A stretch of 64,000 bases of DNA. It comes from Octopus sinensis. Lineage: Eukaryota. The stretch lies in NCBI RefSeq assembly GCF_006345805.1, contig NC_043011.1, forward strand, positions 55,316,464 through 55,380,463, read 5' to 3'. A program made the position numbers and the translations under genes. Within the stretch, counting starts at the first letter, position 1, and each line of letters opens with the position of its first letter. This document shows, one piece after another, positions 1 to 12,854 of the stretch. The notes under the pieces were generated by a model. It made no database searches. It had not been told where the DNA came from and saw only the letters and a program-made list of their open reading frames with translations.

Positions 1-40
1 AGTAGCTATTTTTTTCCCCATGCTTTCATATAGATGATAA

Positions 41-605
41 TCATCATTTAACATCCGTTGTCCATGCTGGCATGGGTTGGACAGTTTGACCAAGGCTGCA
101 CCAGACTCCAGTCTGATTTGGCAGGGTTTCTATGGCCAGATGCCCTTCCTAACGCCAACCACTCCTTGCGTGTAATGGGTGTTTTTACATGCCAATTGCA
201 TGACACCAGTATCTGCAACAACTGCGATTTTGCTCAGCTTGGTGGGTCTTCTTCTCAAGCACGACATAATGCCAAAGATCTCAGTCATTGCCTCTTTGAG
301 GCCCAACACTCAAAAGGTGCTTGTTACGTGCCATCGGCATCATCCACCTTGAGATCCAATGCGCAAAAGGTGCCTTTCACGTGCCAGTTACATAACGCCA
401 GCATCAGCCACAACTATGATTTCATTTGGCTTGACAGGTTTTCTCAAGCACAGCATATCGCCAAAGGTCTCAGTCACAGGTCATTGTCTCTGTGAGGCCC
501 AAAGTTCAAAGTTCATACTTCACCACCTCGTCCCATGTCTTCCTGGGTCTACCTCTATCACAGGTTCCCTCCACAGTTAGAGATCAGCACTTCTTTGCAC
601 AGCTG
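41..605 (-). mobile_element. 5'-truncated RTE-clade LINE: ORF2 C-terminus plus 3' UTR and (ATG)n tail
   Basis: Minus frame reads LTVEGTCDRGRPRKTWDEVVKYEL*TLGLTETMTCD*DLWRYAVLEKT, matching the RTE C-terminus at 60618-61051, followed by the same 3' UTR end. Confidence 0.85.
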
Positions 606-610
606 TCCTG

Positions 611-643
<33 letters not shown>

Positions 644-645
644 AA

Positions 646-1225
646 AGGTGACAGGCTGGCAGAAACGTTGGCATGCCGGGCGAAAAGCTTAGTGGTATTT
701 CATCTGCAACTACATCCCGAGTTCAAATTCCGTCGAGGTCAACTCTGCCTTTCATCCTTTCAGGGTTGATTGAATAAGTACCAGTTATGCACTGGGGTCG
801 ATATAATCGACTTAATCCGCTTGTCTGTCCTTGTTTGTCCTCTCTGTGTTTAGCCCCTTGTGGGTAGTAAAGAGATAAGTATTTCATCTGCCACTACATT
901 CCGAGTTCAAATTCCACCAAGGTTCACTTGCCTTTCATCTTTTCGGGGTTGATAAAATAAGTACCAGTTGAACACTGGGGTCAATGTAATCGACTTGTCT
1001 CCTCCCCCAAAACTGCTGCCCTTGTGGCAAAATTTGAAACATGCAGGTTGAAATACCTAGCAGTATTTTGTGTCTTAATGTTCTGAGTTCAAATTCTGCC
1101 AAGGTCAACTTAGTTTTTCATCCTTTTAGGGTTGATAAAATAAATACCAGTTGAGTACTGGGGTAGATGTAATTGACTATCCCCCCTCTCCTGAAATTTC
1201 AGACCTTTTGCCTATAATAGAAAGG
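646..1225 (+). mobile_element. SINE family B (GGCAGAAACGTTAGC...TGAGTTCAAATTCCGCCGAGGTCGACTTTGCCTTTCATCC): one near-full copy plus two tandem partial copies
   Basis: Same ~230-bp unit recurs at 2977, 4517, 15640, 33591, 44395 and 62955; tRNA-like head with a GTTCAAAT B box. Confidence 0.8.
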
Positions 1226-1264
<39 letters not shown>

Positions 1265-1706
1265 AGGTATGAGACGGAAGTTTAATGGTAGAGTCAGTTT
1301 GACTCATTAATTCATGACTACTTCTCTCAACCTAATTAACATAGTATTGAATAAATTAGTGGAATGTTGAATTGCTGTTGCTGCTGCTGCTACTACTGCT
1401 GCTTCATCCCTTTCTTCCGATTCCTAACAAACCCTGATCTTGAGGGATTGCAGTCTAATTAATAGTTTCGTTACCATTGCCAATTCCTCTATTATTAATA
1501 TTTCTACGCTTAAGGACAAAAATGACAACAGCAGTAAATTGCCCCAATAAAATGTCTTGCAGGATATATATAATATTACCCCATCAAATAGCAAAAAGTA
1601 TGCACCTGGGTTACACAGAGTTGTAGAACCAAACACATTTTCCGTTCAATGCTCTCAATTGGGCTCCCAGACATTTTACAGGAATTGGTGAGGTTTTGCT
1701 ATTTTT

Positions 1707-2095
1707 AGGAGTGGCTGTGTGGTAAGTAGTTTGTTTACCAACCACATGGTTCCGGGTTCAGTCCCACTGCGTGGCACCTTGGGCAAGTGTCTTCTACTAT
1801 AGCCTCAGGCTGACCAAAGCCTTGTGAGTGGATTTGGTAGACGGAAACTGAAAAGAAGCCCGTCGTATACATGTATATATGTATATATGCGTGTGTGTGT
1901 CTGTGTTTGTTCCCCTAGCATTGCTTGACAACCGATGCTGGTGTGTTTATGTCCCCGTTACTTAGCGGTTCGGCAAAAGAGACCGATAGAATAAGTATTG
2001 GGCTTACAAAAAGAATAAGTCCCGGGGTCGAGTTGCTCGATTAAAGGCGGTGCTCCAGCATGGCCGCAGTCAAATGACTGAAACAAGTAAAAGAG
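1707..2095 (+). mobile_element. SINE family C, tRNA-headed and CORE-like, with an internal (TA/TG)n tract
   Basis: A box TGGCTGTGTGG, B-box-like GGTTCAGTCCC, CORE-like ACCTTGGGCAAGTGTCTT, tail AAACAAGTAAAAGAG; more than 10 copies in the window. Confidence 0.85.
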
Positions 2096-2115
2096 TATAT
2101 ATTTTTATCTATCTA

Positions 2116-2151
<36 letters not shown>

Positions 2152-2976
2152 CATATATATTGATATAATACTATATAATATGGTGCAAAATGTGTTTGCT
2201 TTGGCTGTGGTTTTGTCTCTGAGTGTGGTTCTTCCTACTGTCAACCACTACGTAGTGGACTAAGCGCATTTAATTTGGAAATAGCACAAGTTGTGTGAAA
2301 GACAGAATAATAAGTATTATTGTAATTGAACATCAGTTGAATTTTGATGTGGCTGCTCCCAAAAGAGGTTAATGTTAAAATGGGTGACACATGAATAAGA
2401 TGCAGGGGGAAGAAGGGCTGGACGAAATGAATAAGATGCAGGGGAAAGAGGGGCCGGACAGAGTGAAAAACAGTCTTTTGGATGTGAAGCTGTATGGGAA
2501 ACCTGAGCACAAATAGAACGAGAAGACACTTCAGCATTATTAACAACATTGTCCAGGGTATTCAAAAGAAGCAGCTGCATTGAGATATATATATGTGTGT
2601 GTGTGTATATATATATATATACTCACACACATGCATGCATACATACATATTGTGTCTAGACAGCAGCTGTTGGGTGGAAAAGTACTCAAGTAGGGTGTAT
2701 TGATAAAGGAATAGATTTTCAGAATTAGAAGACATGATATGTGGTAAAGTTTGATGTAAAGATGTTGTTCCAGCCTCACAGACAAGAAAATGCAGAAACA
2801 TGAAGAATGGTAAATATGTTATAGCATGAAAAACTGATTAAAATAATCTTGATAATAATAGAATCAAAACTATAATTTTCAAAGAATTTTAGGGGGACTT
2901 TTCTCTGTAGAATTAGTATTGTTATACCAGTGAAAATTAAATGAAACATCTTTCTTTTCATTGGTATTGTAACGTA

Positions 2977-3180
2977 AGGCGGCGTGCTGGCAGAAACGTT
3001 AGCACGCCGGGCGAAATGCATAGCCATATGTTCAGAGTTCAAATTCCGCCGAGGTCAACTTTGTCTTCATCCTTTCGGGGTCGATTAAATAAGTACCAGT
3101 TACGCACTGGGGTCGATGTAATCGACTTAATCCGTTTGTCCTCTCTGAGTAGCCCCTTGTGGGTAGTAAAGAAATAGGTA
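2977..3180 (+). mobile_element. SINE family B copy
   Basis: High similarity to 646-878. Confidence 0.8.
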
Positions 3181-3995
3181 TAGTAACATTTTTGTTTTTA
3201 AATGAAGCTGTTTCTATTGTTTGGATTACATATTCTTGCCAACTTCACCAAAAAACCAAATGAATGGAGAAAGTCGGCCACAGCAAAACTTACATTGCTA
3301 CCTTCACAATATTGCTCTATCATGTAGAGTTATTTGTCTCAGGTGCTTTACTTGAAATTCTTATCCGAAAGCGACTTTATTTTTTCATCTACCGAATGTG
3401 ATGCATGACATGTCAAAAATCTTAAAACATTTTATTTTTTGACCCAAACTTCAATTATTCCACTTTGGTCACTAAGAACCAATAAAACTCAAAGGTTAAC
3501 AAGCAAATATAATTTAAGATCAAAGTCCACAACATCTCTGTGAGATGCTGTTGTTTCTCTGCTCATTCATTCGATAATCTAAAACACATTTCTTTCCAAC
3601 CTCAAAACCCAAGCTCCACATCTACAAAATCATTTCCCTTCTCCACAATTCCCTTTCGATTCTGCTTCAATGCTTAATATTTCCTCTACAACTTGGCCAT
3701 ATACAATACATAAAAACTACAGTAATTCTTGGTAAGCAAGCCTTCTTACCTGAATTCATTGAAGCAGCAAAATGTATTACAAGTATTTTTTTTTTTTTTA
3801 CAATGTCTTTAACTATTCCTTAGTCTTCATAAAGTCAGAAATCAAAAGGCATTTTACGAAGAAGTACATTACAGTGCAAGAATAAAACAAGATTTTTGCA
3901 ATTGCCAAAAAATCATTAGAAAAAGAAGAGACAGAACTGTTAATTTATTCCAACAGCAGTCACATTCCAATTCCATGCCAACATCTCTTCATTTC

Positions 3996-4505
3996 AGCAA
4001 ACCAACCTGGAAGCCGTTCAGCAACGTGCAACCAAGAGAATACCCTCCATAAGACATCTGCCATATTCTGGATGCCTTACTTCCCTGGGCACGGACACAT
4101 TGAAACTCCGACGTCTGGCAGCTGACTTGGCAGACATCCATAAAATTATTAACCATCTTACTAACAACAACTCTGAGCACCTTTTCAAACTCCACCCGTC
4201 TAACACCCATGGACAGAAAACAGCACAGTTCCCATGACTTTCAGAAACATTTTTTCACGCTGAGAGTTGCTGAAGCATGGAACAAACTGCCGGCATCAGT
4301 TGTCAGTTGTCGGAGCACTGCATCCTTCAAAACTTCCATGCTTCCTGAGATTCACCAACACTACACCTGATTTTCTCCCCTCCATACACACGCAAGCATG
4401 TATCTGACTCATACACTGTTCGCTTTCCAGACATTTGTACATTACTGCATATGCTTTATACGCACTTTTGACAAGTTGTGGTGCACCTGGGCACTGTATA
4501 CAATA
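3996..4505 (+). mobile_element. CR1-like LINE 3' end (ORF2 C-terminus plus 3' UTR), frameshifted
   Basis: Reads NLEAVQQRATKRIPSIRHLPYSGCLTSLGTDTLKLRRLAADL...KHFFTLRVAEAWNKLPASVVSCRSTASFK, matching the CR1 C-terminal pattern LE.VQRRATK...RRL..DL...FF..RV...WN.LP. Confidence 0.85.
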
Positions 4506-4516
4506 ATTTGTATACA

Positions 4517-4748
4517 AGGCAGTGAGCTGGCAGAAACATTAGCACACTGGGCGAAATGTTTAGCGGTATTTCGTCTGTCGCTACATTCTGAGTTCAAATT
4601 CCGCCAAGGTTGACTTTGCCTTTCATCCTTTCGGTGTCGATTAAATAAGTACCAGTTACGCATTGGGGTCGATGTGATCGACTTAATCCGTTTGTCTGTC
4701 CTTGTTTGTCCCCTCTGTGTTTAGCCCCATGTGGGTAGTAAAGAAATA
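4517..4748 (+). mobile_element. SINE family B copy
   Basis: Full unit similar to the other B copies. Confidence 0.8.
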
Positions 4749-5250
4749 TGTATACAATATTTTCATTATTATTATTATTAGAACCTTTTCTGCCTCTGCT
4801 TAATCAAGACGGTTCCTTACACAACACCAACAACATCTTCATCATCCACGACATGACTTCCTTTTCTGCCGTTTCCAATTCTAAATCACCGTAGATCCAC
4901 CACTTTTCTACAATCCTGGATTCAGACTGAAATTTCTCAATCTTCCAACTTCAAACATTAGCCATTGCACTCAAGTAAATTATTTCACAATTAGTGCCTA
5001 TACTAATTAGTGTCTATCCAAATGAAAGACTTTTTGAGGTAGCTAACCACCCAATCCCTCCTCATCAGTTTTTATGGAATCAATCATTAACGATCATTTC
5101 CAACTTCCTCACACACACACACACACACAACCACACATACATATTTTACTCCCCTCTTCAAGTGAATATCAATATGAATATTTAAAATCTAGGTCCACAA
5201 CTAATCTACTAATTAATACATATAACAGTAGGCTATATAATATTATTACT

Positions 5251-5285
<35 letters not shown>

Positions 5286-5959
5286 AGATAATGAAAAGCA
5301 CACAAAGGACTTGTTATTTTGCTTCTTAAATGCTTTTGTATTCCTGTGAAAATCCAGTTCCTCTCCTATATGTTTGATATTTTAATCTAAGAATTTGGGA
5401 GAGGGCAACCAGTTCCCAGGATCATTGCAGGCCTTCCATTGATGAGGAGACTGATCAGCAGAGTGGGACTAATAAAGGACTGCAGTTCTGGGGAGAAGGG
5501 CCAGGATGGAGTGGGTTGTACTGGGTCAAATAGACCATATTGTACAGGTTTTACAACTAATTCTGAAGAGCAGAACCTGTTGTAATGCTGATAGAAAAAC
5601 AATAAATCAGAAAAGAGAAAAGAATCCAGTTCAGAAGAAGATCAATGAGTCGATTATTGCCAATCAATTTTCCATTGAATGGGATTTGGAATCTCTGTTG
5701 ATCTTCACCCATTTAGAATGTCTCCCAATTTTTACACCATTCAATATATCCAAATAGATGTTATAATTCTCCATTAAGCAACATCCTTCAAATCAAACAT
5801 CCCCTTGAATTACTACCACCAGGTATCAATGATAACCTTTATTGAGTTTACCATCCAGGATTTGATCCTCTAAGAATATTTAACTCCAAAATGTAAATGA
5901 TATCTTTTCAATCAAGGACATCTCCTCTCAAACAAACTGCCTTACCAAAGATACTAAGA

Positions 5960-6327
5960 CGAGCACTATGACCTGGCAACGCCGGGTCATAGTGCTAGTG
6001 CATGCATATACAGCTGTGTGCGTGCGTACATACACGCGAGTACTGTCCAAATCTCCAACCAATCACATACGGCTAGCTGGCATTCAATTGGTGTATCAAG
6101 TTTCGGACATTTTGATTGGGTTTTGGATAGAAAATTCACAAAAGAGTCACTTCTATTGATTTTTTAATGGCTCTGTGGGGGTGACTGGGGAAATGTAAAG
6201 ATGTGCACGACCACCCTTGGACAGGTTTTGAATGACCATAGAAAGTGCGAGCCCTCTAACTGAGAAATTGTGGATTTGTATAAAGGACACACACACACAG
6301 ACATTTTGCTGTTTATGTATATAGAGA
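5960..6327 (-). mobile_element. Probable non-autonomous Helitron
   Basis: Minus strand begins A|TCTCTATATACATAAACAGCAAAATGTCTGTGTG (TC start after host A) and ends in a GC-rich hairpin with CT(C/A)G|T at about 5960. Confidence 0.5.
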
Positions 6328-6610
6328 TAAAAACTGAAAGGAAAAAGATAGCTTCAGAACAAAGAAATATTTCAAACAATTTTATGGATTATAACATGTT
6401 ACTACTTTCTTGAATCACTGGAATCTTAAACAAAAACCTAAAAGTAAACTATTGACCTTTGAGAAGCTAAGTTGTTTTGTTTTTGTTTGTTTTTTTGTTT
6501 TTTACATAAACATTCAACTTGCTGAAATTCTCCCTCAAATCAGGAGGCCACCTTTTAACCCTTTACCATTCACATTATTCTCTCAACTTAAATTCTTATT
6601 CATTCACATT

Positions 6611-7025
6611 CATCATCATCATCATTATCATCGTTTAACGTCCGCTTTCCATGCTGGCATGGGTTGGACGATTTTGACTGAGGGCTGGCGAACCAGACGG
6701 TTGCACCAGGCTCCAATCATGATCTGGCAAAGTTTCTACAGCTGGATGCCCTTCCTAATGCCAACCACTCCGAGAGTGTAGTGGGTGCTTTTTACGTGCC
6801 ACCAGCATGGGGCCAGTCAGGCGGCACTGGCAAAAGCCACGCTCGAATCTTTTTACACATGCCACCGGCACAGGTGCCAGTAAGGCGACGTTGGTAACGA
6901 TCACACTCGAATGGTGCCCTTTTACGTGCCACTGGCACGGAGCCAGTTGGCTGCTCTGTCAACGATCACCCTCGTATGGTGCTCTTTGCACCCCGCTAGC
7001 ATGGATGCCAGTTGTCGGATTTGAT
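6611..7025 (-). mobile_element. RTE LINE 3' UTR fragment (family A)
   Basis: Matches the 3' UTR at 60138-60617; (CAT)n tail on the plus strand. Confidence 0.8.
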
Positions 7026-7029
7026 TTCT

Positions 7030-7195
7030 GAATTAATTATGCATTATCTCATTGCTTTGATACTTTGATGATGTGGTTGTAAATTTTTAGAATGACATTG
7101 TAGGGTAGGTGTAAGAGGCCAGTTTTTGACAGTCTGAGTATGAAACAGGTAGAATATTTGGGTTGGTTTTGGTTGGTTTCAATGCTAAAGGAATG
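7030..7195. mobile_element. Partial TTAA/CCCTTTAGCATT MITE (family J)
   Basis: Similar to 24021-24249 and 42725-42938. Confidence 0.6.
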
Positions 7196-7635
7196 AAAGA
7201 TGATTTATCACACCTGGAATATCTCTATTTAGAAATCTGATTAAGGATGACACGAAGATTAACGACAATAATTTGTCTCTGACAAAATTTTTCAAAGCCT
7301 GCTCCACCATACCTGCTTCTTTCCCCTTCAAGTACAATGGCAATGGATTATCTACTTAATCCTCTTTATCACATTTAACCAACAGACACTTGAATCACAC
7401 CTGTTCGTTTCTACATCGCTCACACCAAATATCACGGCTATTCTGTTTTTTCAGAATGTCAAGCCTGATAAAGTCTTTTCCTAATAATAAATACGTCAGC
7501 GTAAAAGATTTCCAGTTCTTCAGATATTTAATAACCAGATACAAGTAAACAGAGAAGACATCTCAATATATAAAACTGAAAAATCTATTTCTTACAGATA
7601 ACCATCCACTAATTGTGACATAACCTCAAACACTT

Positions 7636-7814
7636 ATGTACGTGCACATCTCACAAACACACAGTGACATGCACATTATATATATGCACATATATATATA
7701 TATATATATATATATACCTACCGAACATATACATACATATACAAACACAAACATATGCAATCACATACGTATACATATACATCCACATATATATATATAT
7801 CCATACATATACAT

Positions 7815-7857
<43 letters not shown>

Positions 7858-7990
7858 CATACATACATATATATAGTCATGTATATATACATTCATATAT
7901 ATACACATATACATCCATATATATATACATATACACCCATATATATATATATATACATACATACATATACATCCATATATATATATATCA
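7636..7990. repeat. Compound (TA)n/(TACA)n microsatellite
   Basis: Direct inspection. Confidence 0.95.
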
Positions 7991-8228
7991 TCATCATCAT
8001 CATCATCGTTTAGCGTCCGTTTTCCATGCTAGCATGGGTTGGACGGTTCAACTGGGGTCTGTGAAGCTGGGAGGCTTCATCAGGCCCAGTCAAATCTGGC
8101 AGTGTTTCTACGGCTGGACGCCCTTCCTAACGCCAACCACTCAGTGAGTGTAGTGGGTGCTTTTTACGTGCCACCCGCACAGGTGCCAGACAGAGCTGGC
8201 AAACGGCCACGAACGGATGGTGCTTTTA
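7988..8228 (-). mobile_element. RTE LINE 3' UTR fragment (family A)
   Basis: Nearly collinear with 60138-60370. Confidence 0.8.
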
Positions 8229-8273
8229 CATCCATATATATATATACACATACATCCATATATATACATACAT

Positions 8274-8603
8274 ACGCGTGGCTCAGTGGTTAGAGCGTCG
8301 AGCTTACGATCGTGAGGTTGTGAGCTCGAATCCCGGACCGGGCTGCATGTTGTGTTCTTGAGCAAGACACTTTATTTCACATTGCTCCAGTTCACTCACC
8401 TGTAGAAATGAGTTGCGACGTGACAGGTGCCAAGCTGTATCGGCCCTTGCCTTTCCCTTGGACAACATCGGTGACGTGGAGAGGGGAGGCCGGTATGCAT
8501 GGGCGACTGCTGGTCTTCCATGAAACAACCTTGCCCAGACTTGTGCCTCAAAGAGTAACTCTCTCGGTGCAAACCCATGGTCAGTGTCTGACCGAAGGGG
8601 GTC
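8274..8603 (+). mobile_element. tRNA-derived SINE family D
   Basis: A box TGGCTCAGTGG, B-box-like GCTCGAATCCC; reverse-complement copy at 26240-26572. Confidence 0.85.
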
Positions 8604-8860
8604 ATCATAATATACATATACATATATTTCTAGCATACTAAACAACCACATTGAGGACCAGCGACGTTTGAGCTTATTTAAAAGAGAGAGAAAAATGCTT
8701 TACACAACAAATTCTGATATAATTGTAATCTACACCAAATCTTAAGAAATTAGAAAATGTTGACAAATTAGCCATGTTTCAGAAAGTTACCACACACACA
8801 TATATATATACACACACACATAAATATATACATAATATGTGTATGTATATCACGTCACCA

Positions 8861-9145
8861 TCACGTGACCGACCAGTCCATCAGATGTAGTTACACATCA
8901 CTGGTCACAATGCGTTCGCATTGTTTTAGCCTTCGAATGACGCCACCCCGCTGGCTAAGCGAGCAGGCCAACAGAAGAAAGAGTGGGAGAAAGAGTGGTG
9001 AAAGAGTACAGCAGGGATCACCACCATCCCCTGCCGGAGCCTCGTGGAGGTTTTAGGTGTTTTCGTTCAATAAACACTCACAACGCCCGGTCTGGAAATC
9101 GAAACCGCGAGTCCGCTGCCCTAACCACTAGGCCATTGCGCCTCC
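8861..9145 (-). mobile_element. tRNA-derived SINE family F (same head as family E, different tail)
   Basis: Minus head GGAGGCGCAATGGCCTAGTGGTTAGGGCAGCGGACTCGCGG; copies at 11321, 16532 and 43118. Confidence 0.85.
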
Positions 9146-9168
9146 GTGTATGTATATATATATGGATA

Positions 9169-9362
9169 TCATCATCATCATCACCATTTGATGTCCATTT
9201 TCCATGCTGGCATAGGGTGGACGGTTTGACAGGGGCCAACAAGCCAGGGGCTACATCTGGTACCCATCTGGTTTGGCATGTTATCTGTGGTTGAATGTCC
9301 TTCCTAACGCCACCACTTTACAGCGTGGACTGAGTGTGTTTACATGGCACTGCACAGGAGCA
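9169..9362 (-). mobile_element. Degenerate RTE 3' UTR fragment (family A)
   Basis: (CAT)n followed by TCCATGCTGGCATAGGGTGGAC and CCTTCCTAACGCCA. Confidence 0.65.
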
Positions 9363-9486
9363 TAGTTTCCACAGCTGGGTTTTTATAGTTTTATGATTCT
9401 ATAGACCTTCGTGCAAGTTGACTGGGAACCTGGGGCCCACCAAAATTGGGCACCTCCTAAGGCCAGCCCTGTATACATACATACAT

Positions 9487-9722
9487 ATCATCATCATCAT
9501 CATCGTTTAACGTCCGCTTTCCATGCTAGCATGGGTTGGACGGTTCAACTGGAGTCTGGCAAGCTCGAGGGCTGCACCAGGCCAGTCAGATCTGGCAGTG
9601 TTTCTACAGCTGGATGCCCTTCCTAACGCCAACCACTCCGAGAGTGTAGTGGGTGATTTTATGTGCCACTGACACAGGTGCCAGACGAGGCTGGCAGACG
9701 GCCACGCTCGGATGGTGTTTTT
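9487..9722 (-). mobile_element. RTE 3' UTR fragment (family A)
   Basis: Collinear with 60138-60370. Confidence 0.8.
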
Positions 9723-10235
9723 ATGTGTTTATATATATATATATATATTTATGTGTTTATATATATATATATACATACACATACATACATATATATATAT
9801 ATATGCATGCATATATATATATACACATATACATATATATATATATATATGCATGCATATATATATATACACATATACATATATATATATATACACACAC
9901 ATATATACACACACATATATACATATATATATATACACACACACACACATATATATATATATACACACACATATATACATATATATATACACACATATAT
10001 ATACACACATATATACATATATATACACACACATTTACGCACACACATATATACATGCACACACACATACACATATATACACACATATACAAAATATACA
10101 CATATATATACACACATTTACACACCACAGCTCGCGAGCTGAAACTAGATAAATAAACAAACAATAAACAAGCACACATATATATACAAACACATATATA
10201 CACATATATATATATACACACATATATACATTCAT

Positions 10236-10294
<59 letters not shown>

Positions 10295-10303
10295 CATATA
10301 TAT

Positions 10304-10336
<33 letters not shown>

Positions 10337-10990
10337 CATACACACACATATATATACATACACATACATACATACATGTATATACAGACATACACATATA
10401 CACATGTATATACATACATGCACACATACATATATACATGTATATACATACATGCACACATACATATACATGTATATACATGCACACATACATATATACA
10501 TGTATATACATACATGCACACATACATATATATATATGTATATACATACATGCACACATACATATATACATGTATATACATACATGCACACACATATATA
10601 TATATACGTACATACACACATATATATACATACACACATACACACATATATATACATACACACATACATGTATATACATACATATACACATACATATATA
10701 CATACATACACATATACATACAAACACATATATACATACATATATACAATGGAAGGCGGACATTAAACAATGATGATGATACATATGTACACAGATATAT
10801 ACACACATACACGCACATACATACCGTTCACTCATTACCAGCATTGAAGGCAGACATTAAAAGATGGTGATCCAATACATGTGCACCTATGTACACACAC
10901 ATACACACAAATATACATGGTTATATATTTATTATATATAAGCATACATACAAACATATGCATTCATACATTCATATGACTAATACACAC
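9723..10990. repeat. About 1.2-kb compound TA/CA microsatellite containing a ~32-bp minisatellite (CATGTATATACATACATGCACACATACATATA) at about 10375-10600
   Basis: Direct inspection; accounts for the many YI/HT/VC ORFs. Confidence 0.95.
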
Positions 10991-11272
10991 ACACACACCA
11001 GCAAGAAAAAGTGGACGTAAAAAAGAAGGATGATATATTCATGAACAGATGTTTGTCTGTGTGTGTGTGTGTGCGTGTGAGTGTACAAGCAGCAGTGCCT
11101 GGTTCGGCCTGGGTTTTATAGGAATTATTAGGAAAAGTCACACAGCATATGACCTTCTGCTTGGAGAGGTGTACCCCTCCCCCCCCCTGCAACGTTTCTG
11201 CTAATTAAGTGCCAAACTATAGCCTACAACTGACAACATAAATACACACACACACATATATATCTCTGTGTG

Positions 11273-11303
<31 letters not shown>

Positions 11304-11320
11304 ATATGTATATATATATA

Positions 11321-11430
11321 TCACCGTGACCGACCAGGCTATCAGATGTTGCCACACATCGCTGGTCACAATGCGCTTAGCATTGTTTTAGCCTTCAAAT
11401 GACGCCACCCCGCTGGCTAAGCGAGCAGGC
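11321..11430 (-). mobile_element. 3' tail fragment of SINE family F
   Basis: Matches 16532-16640. Confidence 0.8.
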
Positions 11431-12640
11431 TAATATATATATGCATATGTATGTATGCATATGTATGTATGTATGTATGTATATGCGGAATTTATATTTA
11501 TACAGAGAAATATCGAAGGGCTGAGACGAAAAAACAAATAGAGAACAGACACTTTGATAAATGGTGAAAAGAAATGCCAAACTGAAGGCAAGAACAAAGT
11601 CCAGCAACACCAAATAAATTCTGTCAATCCACATTTATTATTCTGAAGAGAGTGTCCAGTTGTGGTGGTGAATAGCCATGCTTACTAATAATATATTACT
11701 AAACCGAATATAAATCATCAGAGACTACTGTTACAGAGACACACTAGAATTGACACGCACACACACACACATAAGTAAGCACGCGTACACACAATAACAC
11801 ACACACACACACAAGCAAGCAAGGACACACATATACAGACGCAAATATAATACAGACATGCACACAGAAAATTACATATATACATATGTATATACATACA
11901 CAATTATTTTAACCCTTATTAAATGTAAAAAAAAAATGGTCAAGTAAGGTGACCATTTAAAAGGATAAACTTTATCCTATGTATCTATTCATTTATTTGA
12001 TTTTTGTTTTGTGTGTATTTGTTTTTTCCCCTCAACGAATTATATCTGTTCGAAGAATTTAACCATTACTTCTTGGCTGGACAAGCCAGAGAGAGTGCGA
12101 AAGGCTGACAGCTTAAGGAGGAGAGCTAATACAATAATCACTTGGTATGATTCATTAAGGGATCTTATCTTCACCAACGCACAATGTTCTATGAAATAAA
12201 TTTACAGTTTTTAGATTATTTCATCGTCTGTTAGCCTTTTTTTTTTGCTTTTTCTTTCAAGTAAATTTATTCTTCCCCACCACAAAAACACTTTTTTTTT
12301 CTTCTTCCCCCACATTTGAATACGATTAAATAATTAAAAGAAGGAAGGAAATAAAAGCACACGAAGACAGCCAACAACGACAAAGAAAGAAATTGCATTT
12401 TATTTGCTACGGCTTCTTGTCATTATTTTGCAGAGAGAGAGAAATAAATAAATTATGGAGACGCAGAGTTAAAAAGAGAAAAGACAAAACAACGGAATGA
12501 ATGAGAGAGAAGAAAGGAGACATTGAGAGGCTGCGGTAAAAAAGAAAGAAACGTTTCGATGATTCATTCGTTGGTGTTTAGGAAATATTGTCGTTGGAGA
12601 GAAGTGAAAGGGGATTAAAAGTGAATTTTTTGTAACTTAC

Positions 12641-12670
12641 GCCGTCAGCTTTTTGCTCGGTGGGACTCAT
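12641..12670 (-). CDS. Putative first coding exon (MSPTEQKADG, phase 0) of an unidentified gene transcribed leftwards
   Basis: Minus strand ACAAAT ATG AGT CCC ACC GAG CAA AAA GCT GAC GGC|GTAAGT: a consensus donor in unique, CpG-retaining sequence below a TATA box. No downstream exon identified. Confidence 0.5.
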
Positions 12671-12854
12671 ATTTGTCAAATGAAGAGCAAACAAGGAAGA
12701 AGAAGTCGAGATGTGGTGTTGTTGTTGTCGTCGTTGTTGTTGTTGTTTAATGAGAGAAGAAGAAGAAGAAGAAGAGAGAGAGCAGAAGCGGAGGAGGAGG
12801 GGAAAGGTGGAGAGGGTGGGAGGAGATAGCAGCGCGCCGCAGTAAGGGAGGTAA

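Noticed and set aside
58-495. 145-aa ORF (MLAWVG...) with look-alikes at 46200 and 60172
   Set aside because: Antisense reading of the RTE 3' UTR, not a gene family.
5030-5090. CTGATGAG...CCTC motif on the minus strand; also CTGATGA hits at 18053, 41323 and 57945
   Set aside because: No GAAA at the right place or no stem I/III pairing, so not hammerheads.
8274-8345. tRNA-like sequences at SINE heads (also 18105 and 52966)
   Set aside because: They continue into SINE bodies and lack a complete cloverleaf, so they are not tRNA genes.
7636-11000. Long ORFs rich in YI, HT and VC dipeptides (up to 353 aa), likewise at 13346-14003, 18930-19580 and 24768-25448
   Set aside because: Translations of TA/CA/TATG microsatellites, which lack stops by composition.
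12040-12200. Minus-strand acceptor with 49 open codons, as candidate exon 2
   Set aside because: The open frame needs phase 2 while exon 1 ends in phase 0, and it ends in a stop without a donor.
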